Shown: positions 1-9,266, counted from the stretch's first letter. The stretch: DNA of 24,000 nucleotides from Desulfobacterales bacterium (GCA_020345745.1 CP070768.1:2721202-2745201); one strand, 5' to 3'. Made by a program: numbers and translations. The notes: a model not told the origin generated them from the sequence alone.

Positions 1-89
1 CGATAAAACACTGATGCAGAATATAAAACCCCTCAGTCTGTTTGAATTTACCGGCATGAGCACGTCGTTTATCTAATCGGTCAGTATGT

Positions 90-140
90 AACCTTTGAAA
101 AACTTCCTTTATCCACTCTCTTTGTCACACAAAGAGAGTG
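90..140 (-). repeat. Copy C of a ~50-nt intergenic repeat family. It contains a perfect 12-bp inverted repeat (114-125 / 129-140, 3-nt loop).
   Basis: The minus strand reads GACAAAGAGAGTGGATAAAGGAAGTTTTTCAAAGGTTAC. This shares the blocks TGACAnAGAGAnTGGnTAAA and TTTTCAAAGG with copies at 4131-4192, 11854-11905, 23813-23867 and 23902-23956. CACTCTCTTTGT/ACAAAGAGAGTG form a perfect hairpin. Confidence 0.7.
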
Positions 141-285
141 ATCTAAGGTTTAATTACGCTAATATCACAGGTGAAAAAGAAATGCAATTTTAGTCTTCGA
201 AACAATTAGAATTTTTTAATATTTAGATATCTTATACATCTTTTTCCAAAGCAGCCAATTGGATTTGGCATTGAATTCACAACAG

Positions 286-3200
286 CTACTCGGCATTCGG
301 TCCTACAATCAAACATGGGCTCTGTTCATCCTTATCGTCCATTACCACATACCACAAATATCCCAATGCGCGGGCGGGCAGAAATACATACGGCAGCAAT
401 ATTTCACCAGCCAACCTTGCAGCCTCTTTGAATGGCATTTTTCTTATGGAAGGATTGACAAGCGATCCATGGATAGATATGGCTGAGCTGAGTTCGGGGA
501 TACCCTTTTTGGGCGTTGGTCGCAGAACAATATCCAGGGTCTCGGATGCCAGGTCTACAGACCCTCCCCCTCTGGTTCTGACATTGGGCGTGTCATAGTA
601 GATGGCTTGACTTTTTCCAACACCCTCCGCAAAGGTGAATTTAAGCACCAGACAGTTTAGATCCTGATAATCCTTTAGCTTGGGCAGGCCCGTTATCACA
701 TCAAAAGCATCTGCGGTGAGCATTTCAACATCTCGTTTGATTCGTCCGTTTTCGACGGCAACGCCAAGCTCACCTTCGAGTGATGAAGCCATTTCATGAA
801 AAGAATTCCCGGCACCATGCAAGTCAACCGCTAGATTCAACTGGCCGCCCAATATTATGGGTTTGTGAGCATAGGCTAAAAAAGCATCGACATTTAAATC
901 TTCAGCACTGGCTTTTAATGTGACCTCAGGTTTGGACTCGCTGGTTTTCAAGGTGGACTCAATTGATATGTCCCCTCCTGCATAGCCAATCTTGGCAGGG
1001 CTGATACGAAGCTGTCCATCACTTAATGACAAGCCAAAGTCAAGATGGTTCATTGCAAAACGTTTTCCCATTACTTTATCCGCATCAATGTTGAGAGAAA
1101 GATCAATGGCTTTAAATAGATTGAAGGACAACGGTTCTTTGCTAAATAACCGACCTGAACCTGGACGGGCCACTTTTTTCTTGTCGGTCTCTGCAATCGA
1201 TTCGTCAGGAAAAATACCCAGGTCCGACAAATAGACATTAGGGGAATACACGTTTAGGCTCAGATAGGGTTTATGATTTTGAACAGAACGATGGGCTTTT
1301 GTATTAAAAATGGTGTTGCCAAAACTAACCTCACCTGCAAACCCGGCTTTTTCCCCTAAATTGAATCGGCCGTTGGCTGTTAGAGGACTGAACGACGGCA
1401 AGGAAATTCCCAACATCGATTCAAATACAGCTGGATCCTTTGCATCAGCTGAAATTTGCACATCCATGGTGTAAGATCCGTCCCGCTTTTTTACCAGGCC
1501 ATTGGCCTTCAAGGATAACGGTTGTTGGTCATCTGTTTTAATATCCATGGCGTCAATGCGGATATGATCGGACTCAAGGACAAATGCCAGCCGCCCAAGC
1601 AGTTTGTGGTTATTCAATACCGGTCGATGGATCAGCCTTTTCACCCATGGTAATGTCTGAATCTCAAATTTTGCGCTTACCTTTACCTTTTCTTCTATGG
1701 TGGCACCATGAATATCTCCTTGCATAAGAAGAGCGGACGCTTCTTCTTGACCCGCATATAGCATCAATTGTCGAATATCGAGTTCATTATCCCCACCATA
1801 CATTTTTGCTGTCATGCTTAGAGATCCCAGACCCGAAAGGCCCATATCGGCTAACATCGGGATGGCGCTCACATGTGAAAGCGACGCTGTAAGATCAAAA
1901 TCAGCTCCAGACACAGTGACTTTGCCTTGACGCATAATCGAATCGATCTTTCCAGCGGCCTTTAAAAGGAGACCTTCTTCTTTACCAACAGAGAGTTTGA
2001 TGTCAGCAAAATCAAAGTCACCGTCATGATCAACCAGGCGCCATGTTCCTTGCAACGGTCCAAAACCTGGGATAGACACCCCAAAGAATGAACCAAGATC
2101 CGACGTTTCATCGGCATATATTGAACCGTTGATGTTACATTCAGTGATGATCCGACCGCTTGCCACCGGGATTTTACCGATGTCTCCTCGCGCCTCCATG
2201 CGAACAGAGCCCGGCTGACCTGCAGTTATCACAACATTAATCAGCGATAAGGTTTCGGTGGTTCCGGTTACCTGTGCTTCGCCGACCACCGGTCCGATGT
2301 CTGTTAAAAGCCTTGTTCCCAATAATGGCTCGGCAACACCCATGTTTGGAGCGGTCATCCGGATGCGAAAGTCCACATCGCCATGAGGCTGCGGGGATTG
2401 GCTCTGGATTTTCCCCGTGCTTCCGGAAAAGGCTACTTTCAATCCCTTCATATTGGACGTCTGCACATCAACCTCGTTAAATTGCAGCCTGTCGTCCAGG
2501 TAATAGGCGCGAAAACGAGCGGCTACCGCGCCAAGCTCCGGCAAGGGCATATTTAAAGCCGTGGAGAGCAGTATTGTCTTCTCAGCCTGTATCGATACGA
2601 ACAGATCGAGTTCTGAAATGTGCATCCCTTTTTGGGTTGGAATTTGTCCAATACGTCCTTTAGACATTACTTTTAATGGTCCGGATTCATTGATTCCTAT
2701 GGCTAGATCTTCTAGCGAGAGCCGATGCATGGAGCCTATCAGCCGTCCTTTTCCTTGCACCGGACCGATTTCCGGCAACCAATCGAGCAAAAAGCGTTTG
2801 GCAGCATTGGTTGTTGGCGATGTAAGCTGGAGGTCCAAGTCTATTTCTTTAATATTAAAATGGCTTTTTAGATCACCAAGATTTATGCTGCCGAAAGCGC
2901 TCATGGCAAGATCCTGGCTATTAAATCCATTGGCATCAATGTCTTCTAAAATATAGTCAGTTTGTTGTTTACTCAATCGGCATTGAATATCAAGTCGACT
3001 AAAATCCGCCATAATAGACGGCAAAAACAGTTCAATAATATCATTATTCGAGGTTGATCCATTGATAACAATATCAATGCCATCCCCATTGATTATATTT
3101 CTTGCCGAGCCTTTTGCGGTAATTTGTGTATTGGATTCTTTAAAAATGTTGACATACAGATTGGATACCTCAGGTGTTGACATTTTTCCGGTTACGTCCG

Positions 3201-4032
3201 CTATAAACGTCATGCGTCCAAGCCCGGGAGGCTGCACCGTGAAGAGACTCAATGTGTTTGATAGATCGGCAACTTCACCTGAAAGCTGAAGGTCGAGACC
3301 TTCTCCGTGGATAAAATCATCGATCTTTCCAGAAACGTTGAGGTCAAAATTGGCTGTATTCACATTCATCGAAACAGGGAATGGCTGGCGTGAATTGAAA
3401 ATCTGTGCAACGGACCCCAGCCGTCCTTGGATTTTAAATTCTTGAGCATTAACCACCCCTTCGCCGGTGACATCTCGATAACCGCTCTCACCGGTATCAT
3501 CGATCTTCAAATGGCGAAGTCCAATTTTGGCAGTGCTGCCTTTGATCTGGTCTGAAATATTGACGGTGATATTTTGCAAGACAGCATTTTCCAGCACCGG
3601 AATAAACCTGGAAGAAATGCTTTTCTTTTTTCGTGCCCTTGTGGAACGTTTTTGCTGGTCCTCTGCAACCGTTAATAAAAGGGTCACCTCGTCAATCGTC
3701 AATTGTTTGAACAACAGCTTACCCGCGACCAGATGCGCAACACTAAGTTTTAGTTGCAGTTGCCCGATATGATCAATATAGGGCTGTGATCCGCCTCTTC
3801 CGGGTTCGAATCGAACGTCTGAGACAGCCAAATAAGGCTCGGACGACAAAACCAAGGTAAAATCCCCTTGGACGTCCACTTCATATCCAGTAAAATATTC
3901 CACTGTACGTATTGCTATTTTTCGGTAGTCGGCCTCATCCAGTGTCGTCGCAATAAGGGCAATACATAGGAAACATAGAACGACCATACCCGCCAGGAAT
4001 AGAAGAATATATTTTATCTTTCGTTTCATCAC
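286..4032 (-). CDS. AsmA-family outer-membrane biogenesis / lipid-transfer protein. At 1,248 aa it is TamB/YhdP-sized.
   Basis: Long uninterrupted ORF with an N-terminal membrane anchor (KYILLFLAGMVVLCFLCIALIATTL). The body is long, repetitive and beta-rich, and the C-terminus is AsmA-like (GGGSVDLASETLDIVLRPTPKKG...ISIHGSLVNPSI). The first codon at 4032 is GTG, followed immediately by ATG at 4029, so either could be the start. Confidence 0.8.
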   Translation of the reverse strand: MMKRKIKYILLFLAGMVVLCFLCIALIATTLDEADYRKIAIRTVEYFTGYEVDVQGDFTLVLSSEPYLAVSDVRFEPGRGGSQPYIDHIGQLQLKLSVAHLVAGKLLFKQLTIDEVTLLLTVAEDQQKRSTRARKKKSISSRFIPVLENAVLQNITVNISDQIKGSTAKIGLRHLKIDDTGESGYRDVTGEGVVNAQEFKIQGRLGSVAQIFNSRQPFPVSMNVNTANFDLNVSGKIDDFIHGEGLDLQLSGEVADLSNTLSLFTVQPPGLGRMTFIADVTGKMSTPEVSNLYVNIFKESNTQITAKGSARNIINGDGIDIVINGSTSNNDIIELFLPSIMADFSRLDIQCRLSKQQTDYILEDIDANGFNSQDLAMSAFGSINLGDLKSHFNIKEIDLDLQLTSPTTNAAKRFLLDWLPEIGPVQGKGRLIGSMHRLSLEDLAIGINESGPLKVMSKGRIGQIPTQKGMHISELDLFVSIQAEKTILLSTALNMPLPELGAVAARFRAYYLDDRLQFNEVDVQTSNMKGLKVAFSGSTGKIQSQSPQPHGDVDFRIRMTAPNMGVAEPLLGTRLLTDIGPVVGEAQVTGTTETLSLINVVITAGQPGSVRMEARGDIGKIPVASGRIITECNINGSIYADETSDLGSFFGVSIPGFGPLQGTWRLVDHDGDFDFADIKLSVGKEEGLLLKAAGKIDSIMRQGKVTVSGADFDLTASLSHVSAIPMLADMGLSGLGSLSMTAKMYGGDNELDIRQLMLYAGQEEASALLMQGDIHGATIEEKVKVSAKFEIQTLPWVKRLIHRPVLNNHKLLGRLAFVLESDHIRIDAMDIKTDDQQPLSLKANGLVKKRDGSYTMDVQISADAKDPAVFESMLGISLPSFSPLTANGRFNLGEKAGFAGEVSFGNTIFNTKAHRSVQNHKPYLSLNVYSPNVYLSDLGIFPDESIAETDKKKVARPGSGRLFSKEPLSFNLFKAIDLSLNIDADKVMGKRFAMNHLDFGLSLSDGQLRISPAKIGYAGGDISIESTLKTSESKPEVTLKASAEDLNVDAFLAYAHKPIILGGQLNLAVDLHGAGNSFHEMASSLEGELGVAVENGRIKRDVEMLTADAFDVITGLPKLKDYQDLNCLVLKFTFAEGVGKSQAIYYDTPNVRTRGGGSVDLASETLDIVLRPTPKKGIPELSSAISIHGSLVNPSIRKMPFKEAARLAGEILLPYVFLPARALGYLWYVVMDDKDEQSPCLIVGPNAE

Positions 4033-4091
4033 AAATGAACCAATGTCCTAACTTGATCAACAGGATCAGGTGATCCCAAAACACCACGGCG

Positions 4092-4120
4092 ACTATAGCG
4101 CTATAATATTTTGAGTGCAA
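4092..4120 (-). promoter_or_regulatory. Candidate sigma70-type promoter for the asmA-like gene
   Basis: The minus strand reads TTGCAC (4120-4115), a 17-nt spacer, then TATAGT (4097-4092), about 55-60 nt upstream of the start codon. The -10 lies inside a 12-bp palindrome, TATAGCGCTATA (4094-4105). This is sequence pattern only. Confidence 0.35.
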
Positions 4121-4130
4121 TAGAAACATA

Positions 4131-4192
4131 CTTGAAAAGAGGCCGTTGCAAAACGACCTCTTTTACCCAATCTCTATGTCATGCTCAAATTG
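4131..4192 (-). repeat. Copy A of the intergenic repeat family. The central variable segment is replaced by a 13-bp stem-loop (4135-4164).
   Basis: Positions 4161-4193 match 23836-23868 at 29 of 33 positions (hand count). The stem AAAAGAGGCCGTT/AACGACCTCTTTT has one mismatch, a GCAA loop, and is flanked by A- and T-runs. Confidence 0.75.
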
Positions 4193-4279
4193 CTTGAATA
4201 TCTGATTGATATATAATAGAATAACGGTGATTTTATGGCGATGGATACTGCCTGAACACTTACTTGATTTATACATCCC

Positions 4280-4894
4280 ATGGTTAAAACGATGCCATTG
4301 ATCGCCTGTCATGAATGCGACTTGCTGCACCGTGCACGGCCTGTCCCAGAGGAAAGCATAGCCAAATGCCGGCGCTGCGGTGCGGTACTGTATCGCCACA
4401 AACGTAATAGTCTCGATATTACCCTAGCCATGGCTATTGCCGGTTTGATCCTTTTTATTATCTGCAATACCCATCCTTTTCTGGCATTGAAACAAGAGGG
4501 TCTTATACAGGAAACCACAATCATTACCGGAGTCAAGGAGCTGTACAACCAAGGCATGCATGCACTGGCGCTGCTCGTTCTAATTACCAGCGTTGTCGCA
4601 CCCCTTATCCACCTAGCAGGAATGGTGTATGTCTTGCTGCCGCTGAAGTTAAACCGAATGCCCTGGAAGATGCCGGCTACTTTTCGTTTCCTGCAAACCA
4701 TACAGCAATGGACCCTAATGGAAGTTTTTATGTTGGGTATATTGGTCTCCATGGTCAAGCTGAGCAAAACAGCCACCGTTGTTCCGGGTATCGCCCTATA
4801 CTGTTTTTTGGTTCTGATATTCGTTATGGCAGGCACCACTGCATCACTTGATCCGCGAATCATCTGGGAGAAATTGGGACATACGCATGAATAA
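4280..4894 (+). CDS. pqiA: PqiA-family integral membrane protein, N-terminal-half equivalent
   Basis: It has a CxxC...CxxC motif (CHECDLL...CRRCGAVL) followed by several hydrophobic segments consistent with TM helices, typical of one PqiA repeat. It lies first in a pqiA-pqiA-pqiB-pqiC arrangement. An alternative ATG is at 4292. Confidence 0.85.
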   Translation: MVKTMPLIACHECDLLHRARPVPEESIAKCRRCGAVLYRHKRNSLDITLAMAIAGLILFIICNTHPFLALKQEGLIQETTIITGVKELYNQGMHALALLVLITSVVAPLIHLAGMVYVLLPLKLNRMPWKMPATFRFLQTIQQWTLMEVFMLGILVSMVKLSKTATVVPGIALYCFLVLIFVMAGTTASLDPRIIWEKLGHTHE

Positions 4895-5525
4895 CTTATC
4901 CTTAACAGCGGCGAAAGCCGCACTTATGAATTGCCCTCGTTGTGATCTGCTCTCAAAATATAAACATTCTCAACCCATCAAACACGCTGTCTGCCCCCGC
5001 TGCGGGGCTGCCGTGCATTTACGTAAACCCAACAGTATCAACAGAACCTGGGCGTTGATCATCGCTGCTGCTATTTTTTACATCCCAGCCAACATTTTTC
5101 CGATTACATTCGTCACCTCTTTGGGAAAGGTCCAATCCGATACCATCATAAGCGGTGTCATCTACTTCATCAACACGGGCATGTGGCCCATCGCACTGGT
5201 GATTTTCACTGCAAGTATCGTGGTACCGCTATTGAAGCTTTTGGTCCTGTCGTTTCTTTTGGTGTCGATTCAGCGGAAATCCTCATGGCGTCCAGGTGAT
5301 CGCACGCATCTTTTCCGCATAACTGAAGCTGTAGGACGGTGGTCAATGGTCGATATCTATGCCCTCACCATAGTGGTTGCCCTGCTGAAATTGGGCTTTT
5401 TTGCAACGGTTGAGGCCGGACCCGCGGCCGTCTATTTTGCTGCGGTTGTCGTCATCACCATGCTTGCTGCAAAGGTCTTTGATCCAAGACTGACCTGGGA
5501 TGCCATGGAGTCTGAAAATGAATGA
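4887..5525 (+). CDS. pqiA: PqiA-family integral membrane protein, C-terminal-half equivalent
   Basis: It carries a second CxxC...CxxC motif (CPRCDLL...CPRCGAAV) plus hydrophobic TM-like segments. I chose the ATG at 4887 (MNNLSLTAAK...), which overlaps the upstream stop by 8 nt. The ORF track extends it to 4848. Confidence 0.85.
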   Translation: MNNLSLTAAKAALMNCPRCDLLSKYKHSQPIKHAVCPRCGAAVHLRKPNSINRTWALIIAAAIFYIPANIFPITFVTSLGKVQSDTIISGVIYFINTGMWPIALVIFTASIVVPLLKLLVLSFLLVSIQRKSSWRPGDRTHLFRITEAVGRWSMVDIYALTIVVALLKLGFFATVEAGPAAVYFAAVVVITMLAAKVFDPRLTWDAMESENE

Positions 5526-7191
5526 ACCGAACATCGATGAAACGGCGGTACCGGACGTGCCTGACGTCATTGTCCATTCGAAAAAAACCTTTTCTATCGT
5601 TTGGCTGGTCCCGATTGTTGCCGCCATCATCGGCGGCTGGCTGGCCTATAAGGCCATTTCTGAAAAAGGGCCGACCATTACCATTATTTTCAAGTCAGCC
5701 GAGGGGCTAGAAGCCGGTAAGTCGAAAATCAAGTACAAGGATGTCGAAATCGGCCAGGTTGAAGACATCAGTCTAAGCAAAGACCTTTCCGGGGTCATTG
5801 TCACGGCTGTGATGGTAAAACAAGCCGAACAATATTTGACGGAAAATACCCGGTTTTGGATCGTTCGTGCCCGAATCAGTGCATCTGGAGCTTCCGGACT
5901 GGGAACGCTTTTTTCAGGTACCTATATCAGTATCGATCCGGTGCGAGGCGGGACCCCGACTCGCGAATTTAACGGTTTGGAACGTCCTCCGGTGGTAACA
6001 AGAGATTTGCCAGGCCGCCATTTCATGCTCCACGCTGATCGACTGAGCTCGCTGGATATCGGTTCCCCGGTCTATTTCCGCCAAATCAAAGTGGGACAGG
6101 TGGTGGCATACCACATCGATAACGAGGGTAATAGGGTCATGGTCAATGTGTTTGTGCGTGCTCCCTATCACCATTTTGTACGAAAAAATACACGTTTTTG
6201 GAATGCGGGCGGATTGGACATTTCTGTTGATGCCACAGGAATTGAGATAGACACCGAATCATTTGTAACGCTTTTGCTTGGTGGCATTGCCTTTGAAACC
6301 CCTGTCGACTTGGAACCTGGCGATATTGCGGAAGAGGGTGACATGTTTGTCCTATATAGAAACCATGAAAGCATCTATGAAAAGACTTATCTAAAAAAGA
6401 GTTACTGGGTGCTGCATTTCGATGGTTCTGTAAAAGGACTTGCCGTAGGGGCTCCCGTCGATTTCAGGGGTATCAAGATCGGCAGGGTTGCAGATATCCG
6501 GTTGGAATTCCTTATGGCGGATAGTGCTGTTCGAATCCCGGTCTTGATCGAACTTGAGCCCGAAAGGATTGCGGTAACAGGTGAGCAACCGGAAACTATG
6601 GACAGACCCCGACTCATGGACCATCTCGTGAATAAAGGGCTCAGGGCACAGCTTAAAAGAGGAAGCCTGCTCACCGATCAACTATTTATAGAGCTAAACT
6701 TCCACCCCCATGCTCCTGTCCGACGCATCGTGTGGGAAGGGAAATATCCGGAGCTTCCAACCATCCCCTCGCCTTTAGAGGGGATAGCCACCAGCTTAGC
6801 TCAACTTATGGACAGGCTGGAGAATTTTCCTTTGGAACAGATTGGCAACAGCCTGCAAAATACCTTTCGAGGGACCGAGCATTTGGTGACATCGCCAGAA
6901 CTTATAGAATCGATTCATTCGCTCAACAATTCCCTTAAGCAACTAAACACATTTTCATCACGTCTAAATGAAGATATGATCCCTGCGGTCAACTCCACTC
7001 TGGAAAAAACCCAGAAAACATTGACAGAAGCCGAGAACATTCTTCGCTCTGACTCTCGGTTCCGCCACCAACTAAACCACGCACTCACAGAACTGGCCGG
7101 TGCCGCACGATCGGTTCGCCTGCTGGTTGATTATCTTGAACAACATCCCGAAGCCTTGCTCAAAGGAAAGGATCGATCCGATGAGAAATAA
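5518..7191 (+). CDS. pqiB: PqiB / MlaD-family (multi-MCE domain) intermembrane transport protein
   Basis: It has an N-terminal TM segment (FSIVWLVPIVAAIIGGWLAY). Repeated MCE-like segments follow (ITIIFKSAEGLEAGKSKIKYKDVEIGQV; GSPVYFRQIKVGQV; GAPVDFRGIKIGRV), then a long C-terminal helical tail. The ATG at 5518 overlaps the pqiA stop (ATGAATGA). Confidence 0.9.
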   Translation: MNEPNIDETAVPDVPDVIVHSKKTFSIVWLVPIVAAIIGGWLAYKAISEKGPTITIIFKSAEGLEAGKSKIKYKDVEIGQVEDISLSKDLSGVIVTAVMVKQAEQYLTENTRFWIVRARISASGASGLGTLFSGTYISIDPVRGGTPTREFNGLERPPVVTRDLPGRHFMLHADRLSSLDIGSPVYFRQIKVGQVVAYHIDNEGNRVMVNVFVRAPYHHFVRKNTRFWNAGGLDISVDATGIEIDTESFVTLLLGGIAFETPVDLEPGDIAEEGDMFVLYRNHESIYEKTYLKKSYWVLHFDGSVKGLAVGAPVDFRGIKIGRVADIRLEFLMADSAVRIPVLIELEPERIAVTGEQPETMDRPRLMDHLVNKGLRAQLKRGSLLTDQLFIELNFHPHAPVRRIVWEGKYPELPTIPSPLEGIATSLAQLMDRLENFPLEQIGNSLQNTFRGTEHLVTSPELIESIHSLNNSLKQLNTFSSRLNEDMIPAVNSTLEKTQKTLTEAENILRSDSRFRHQLNHALTELAGAARSVRLLVDYLEQHPEALLKGKDRSDEK

Positions 7192-7804
7192 CTACACGAA
7201 TTCATTCATCCTGCATAACAAATGGGTTTTACTAGGCGTTGTTCTGGTGATGTTGATGGGGTGCGGCACCACCCAAACATCGAGGTACTATACCTTGAGT
7301 TCCTTAACCAGCAGTGGCGATGAAATGCAAGTGTTTAGAGACGCATATCGTCTATCCATTGAGGTGGGCCCTGTACACCTTCCAAAATATTTGCAAAGGC
7401 CCCAGATTATTACCCGTCTCAGCCCGAATAAAATCGAGACGGCAGATTTCGACAGATGGGCTGAGCCTTTGGAAGATAACGTCTTAAGGGTTCTGGTTGA
7501 AAACCTTGCCCATCTCCTCTGGGACGACCACATTGCCGTTTTCCCTTGGATAGGTTCGACAGGCGTCAATTACCGTATTTCAGTAAACATCACTCGATTT
7601 GACGGTCAATTGGGAGGGGATATTTTTTTGATGGCTGGATGGGCGATTTATGATAGAGAGACAAACAACATCCTGTTGGAAAGAAGATCCGTCTTAAAGG
7701 AGGCATCCGGTCAGCCGGGTTACAGCGCAATGGTCTCTGCAAAAAGCAGGGCATTGGCGGACCTTAGTCGGGAAATCGCTAATGGGATCCGTTCCATGGA
7801 TTAG
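7181..7804 (+). CDS. pqiC: PqiC/YmbA-like lipoprotein (ABC-type transport auxiliary component)
   Basis: A lipoprotein signal with lipobox (LVMLMGC) is followed by SRYYTL, as in the PqiC family. It sits directly after pqiB and overlaps it by 11 nt. The ORF track starts at 7100, but the ATG at 7181 gives the signal peptide. Confidence 0.8.
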   Translation: MRNNYTNSFILHNKWVLLGVVLVMLMGCGTTQTSRYYTLSSLTSSGDEMQVFRDAYRLSIEVGPVHLPKYLQRPQIITRLSPNKIETADFDRWAEPLEDNVLRVLVENLAHLLWDDHIAVFPWIGSTGVNYRISVNITRFDGQLGGDIFLMAGWAIYDRETNNILLERRSVLKEASGQPGYSAMVSAKSRALADLSREIANGIRSMD

Positions 7805-7837
7805 AATTCATCATACCTGGGCGTTACACGGTTCAGG

Positions 7838-9220
7838 TCAACCATCTTTTTTAAGCTTTCCAAAAACCTGGTCTAATACGTCTTTAGACAAAACACCCTC
7901 CATGCTCGCAATTTCTCTGATTGTTCTCCCTGTCTCACTGGCCTTTTTTGCAATGGCAGCCGCCCGATCGTAACCGATATGAGGAACCAGACCAGTCGAT
8001 AAGGCCAAACTTTTCTCAATGTATGCGGCACATTGTTCCCGATTAGCTAAAGTGCCGCTTAAACATTTTCGAGCAAATGTTTCAGTGGCTGCTGCTAGCA
8101 GATGGATCGATTGCAATAAATTATATGCGACCACCGGCAGCGTCACATTCAGTTCAAAATTCCCGGATTGGCCGCCCATCATGATGGTGGTGTCGTTGCC
8201 CATGATTTGTGCCGCCACTTGAATCACCGCTTCTGGGATGACCGGGTTGACCTTCCCCGGCATGATCGAAGAGCCCGGCTGCAGAGAGGGAATATGAATT
8301 TCCCCTATCCCACATCTGGGGCCAGAGGCCAGCCACCGAATGTCATTGGCAATTTTTACAAGGCCCACAGCGATGGTTTTTAGCGCCCCGCTGGTCTCTA
8401 CCACAGCATCCCTGGCAGCTTGCGCCTCAAAATGATTTTCAGCCTCTTTAAATGGCAGATGGGTGTACGCAGATATAAGATCAACAACCCTCGCACCAAA
8501 TTCAGGGTGGGTGTTTAATCCCGTTCCAACGGCAGTTCCCCCAATAGCCAGTTCAGAAAGTCTTTCCTCAGTTGCTATTATTCTTGATCTCCCGAGTTCA
8601 ATTTGTCGCGCATACCCTGAGAACTCCTGTCCCAGCGTCATGGGTACCGCATCCTGTAAATGGGTTCTTCCGATTTTTTGGATGTCAACAAATTCTTCGG
8701 CTTTTTGTAAAAGGGTTGCATGCAGCAACTGGAGCGACGGCAGAAGCCGATCCCGAATGGATATTAACGCAGATACGTGAATCGCTGAAGGGATGACATC
8801 GTTGCTCGATTGGCCCAGGTTAACATGATCATTGGGGTGGACTGGGGCCTTTCCCCCTTTTTTACCGGTCATCATTTCATTGGCCCTTGCGGCAATGACC
8901 TCATTCATATTCATGTTCGTCGATGTCCCTGATCCAGTCTGGAAGATATCCACCACGAACTGGTCATCAAATATGCCGTCCATAACCTCTTGGGCAGCGT
9001 CCGTGATAGCCGCAGCGACGGACCTATCTAGCCCTTCAAGATCTTTGTTGACCTTCGCAGAACATTGTTTGATCAACGCAAGGGCGTGTATAAAAACCGG
9101 TGGAAGCGTTAGCCCGCTAATGGAAAAGTTTTCTAGCGCACGCTGCGTCTGCGGTCCGTAATAGGCCTCCTCAGGAACACGAACGGTTCCCATGGTGTCT
9201 TTTTCTTCTCTAAAATTCAT
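7838..9220 (-). CDS. fumC: Class II fumarate hydratase
   Basis: It carries the GSSIMPGKVNP signature. FumC-type blocks are present: YGPQTQRA, FQTGSGTSTNMNMNEV, QSSNDVIPSAIH, KIGRTHLQDA and NDIRWLASGPRCGIGEI. At 460 aa the length is typical. Confidence 0.9.
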   Translation of the reverse strand: MNFREEKDTMGTVRVPEEAYYGPQTQRALENFSISGLTLPPVFIHALALIKQCSAKVNKDLEGLDRSVAAAITDAAQEVMDGIFDDQFVVDIFQTGSGTSTNMNMNEVIAARANEMMTGKKGGKAPVHPNDHVNLGQSSNDVIPSAIHVSALISIRDRLLPSLQLLHATLLQKAEEFVDIQKIGRTHLQDAVPMTLGQEFSGYARQIELGRSRIIATEERLSELAIGGTAVGTGLNTHPEFGARVVDLISAYTHLPFKEAENHFEAQAARDAVVETSGALKTIAVGLVKIANDIRWLASGPRCGIGEIHIPSLQPGSSIMPGKVNPVIPEAVIQVAAQIMGNDTTIMMGGQSGNFELNVTLPVVAYNLLQSIHLLAAATETFARKCLSGTLANREQCAAYIEKSLALSTGLVPHIGYDRAAAIAKKASETGRTIREIASMEGVLSKDVLDQVFGKLKKDG

Positions 9221-9266
9221 CCGTCAAGCTATGCCTTTTTAACCATTTGAAACGCTTAAATTGTAT

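Noticed and set aside
1-75. Partial gene at the left edge
   Set aside because: Both a plus-strand frame ending at TAA 73-75 and a minus-strand frame opening at ATG 57-55 stay open to the window edge. With fewer than 25 codons and no SD, neither can be supported.
3935-4399. Small ORFs 3935-4129 (-) and 4163-4399 (-) in and around the asmA/pqiA intergenic region
   Set aside because: They overlap the asmA or pqiA starts out of frame, run through the repeat and hairpin element, and lack an SD. They are more likely non-coding regulatory sequence.
4309-4923. 204-aa ORF on the minus strand
   Set aside because: It is exactly antisense to pqiA, which has clear family motifs, and has no motif or SD of its own. 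It is a typical shadow ORF.
7838-9220. Aspartate ammonia-lyase (aspA) instead of fumC
   Set aside because: The diagnostic blocks follow FumC (GPQTQRA; QSSNDVIPSAIH; GSSIMPGKVNP) rather than the AspA versions (YGVHTLRA; QSTNDAYPT; GSSIMPAKVNP). The short VIPEA after the signature is AspA-like, so a small doubt remains.
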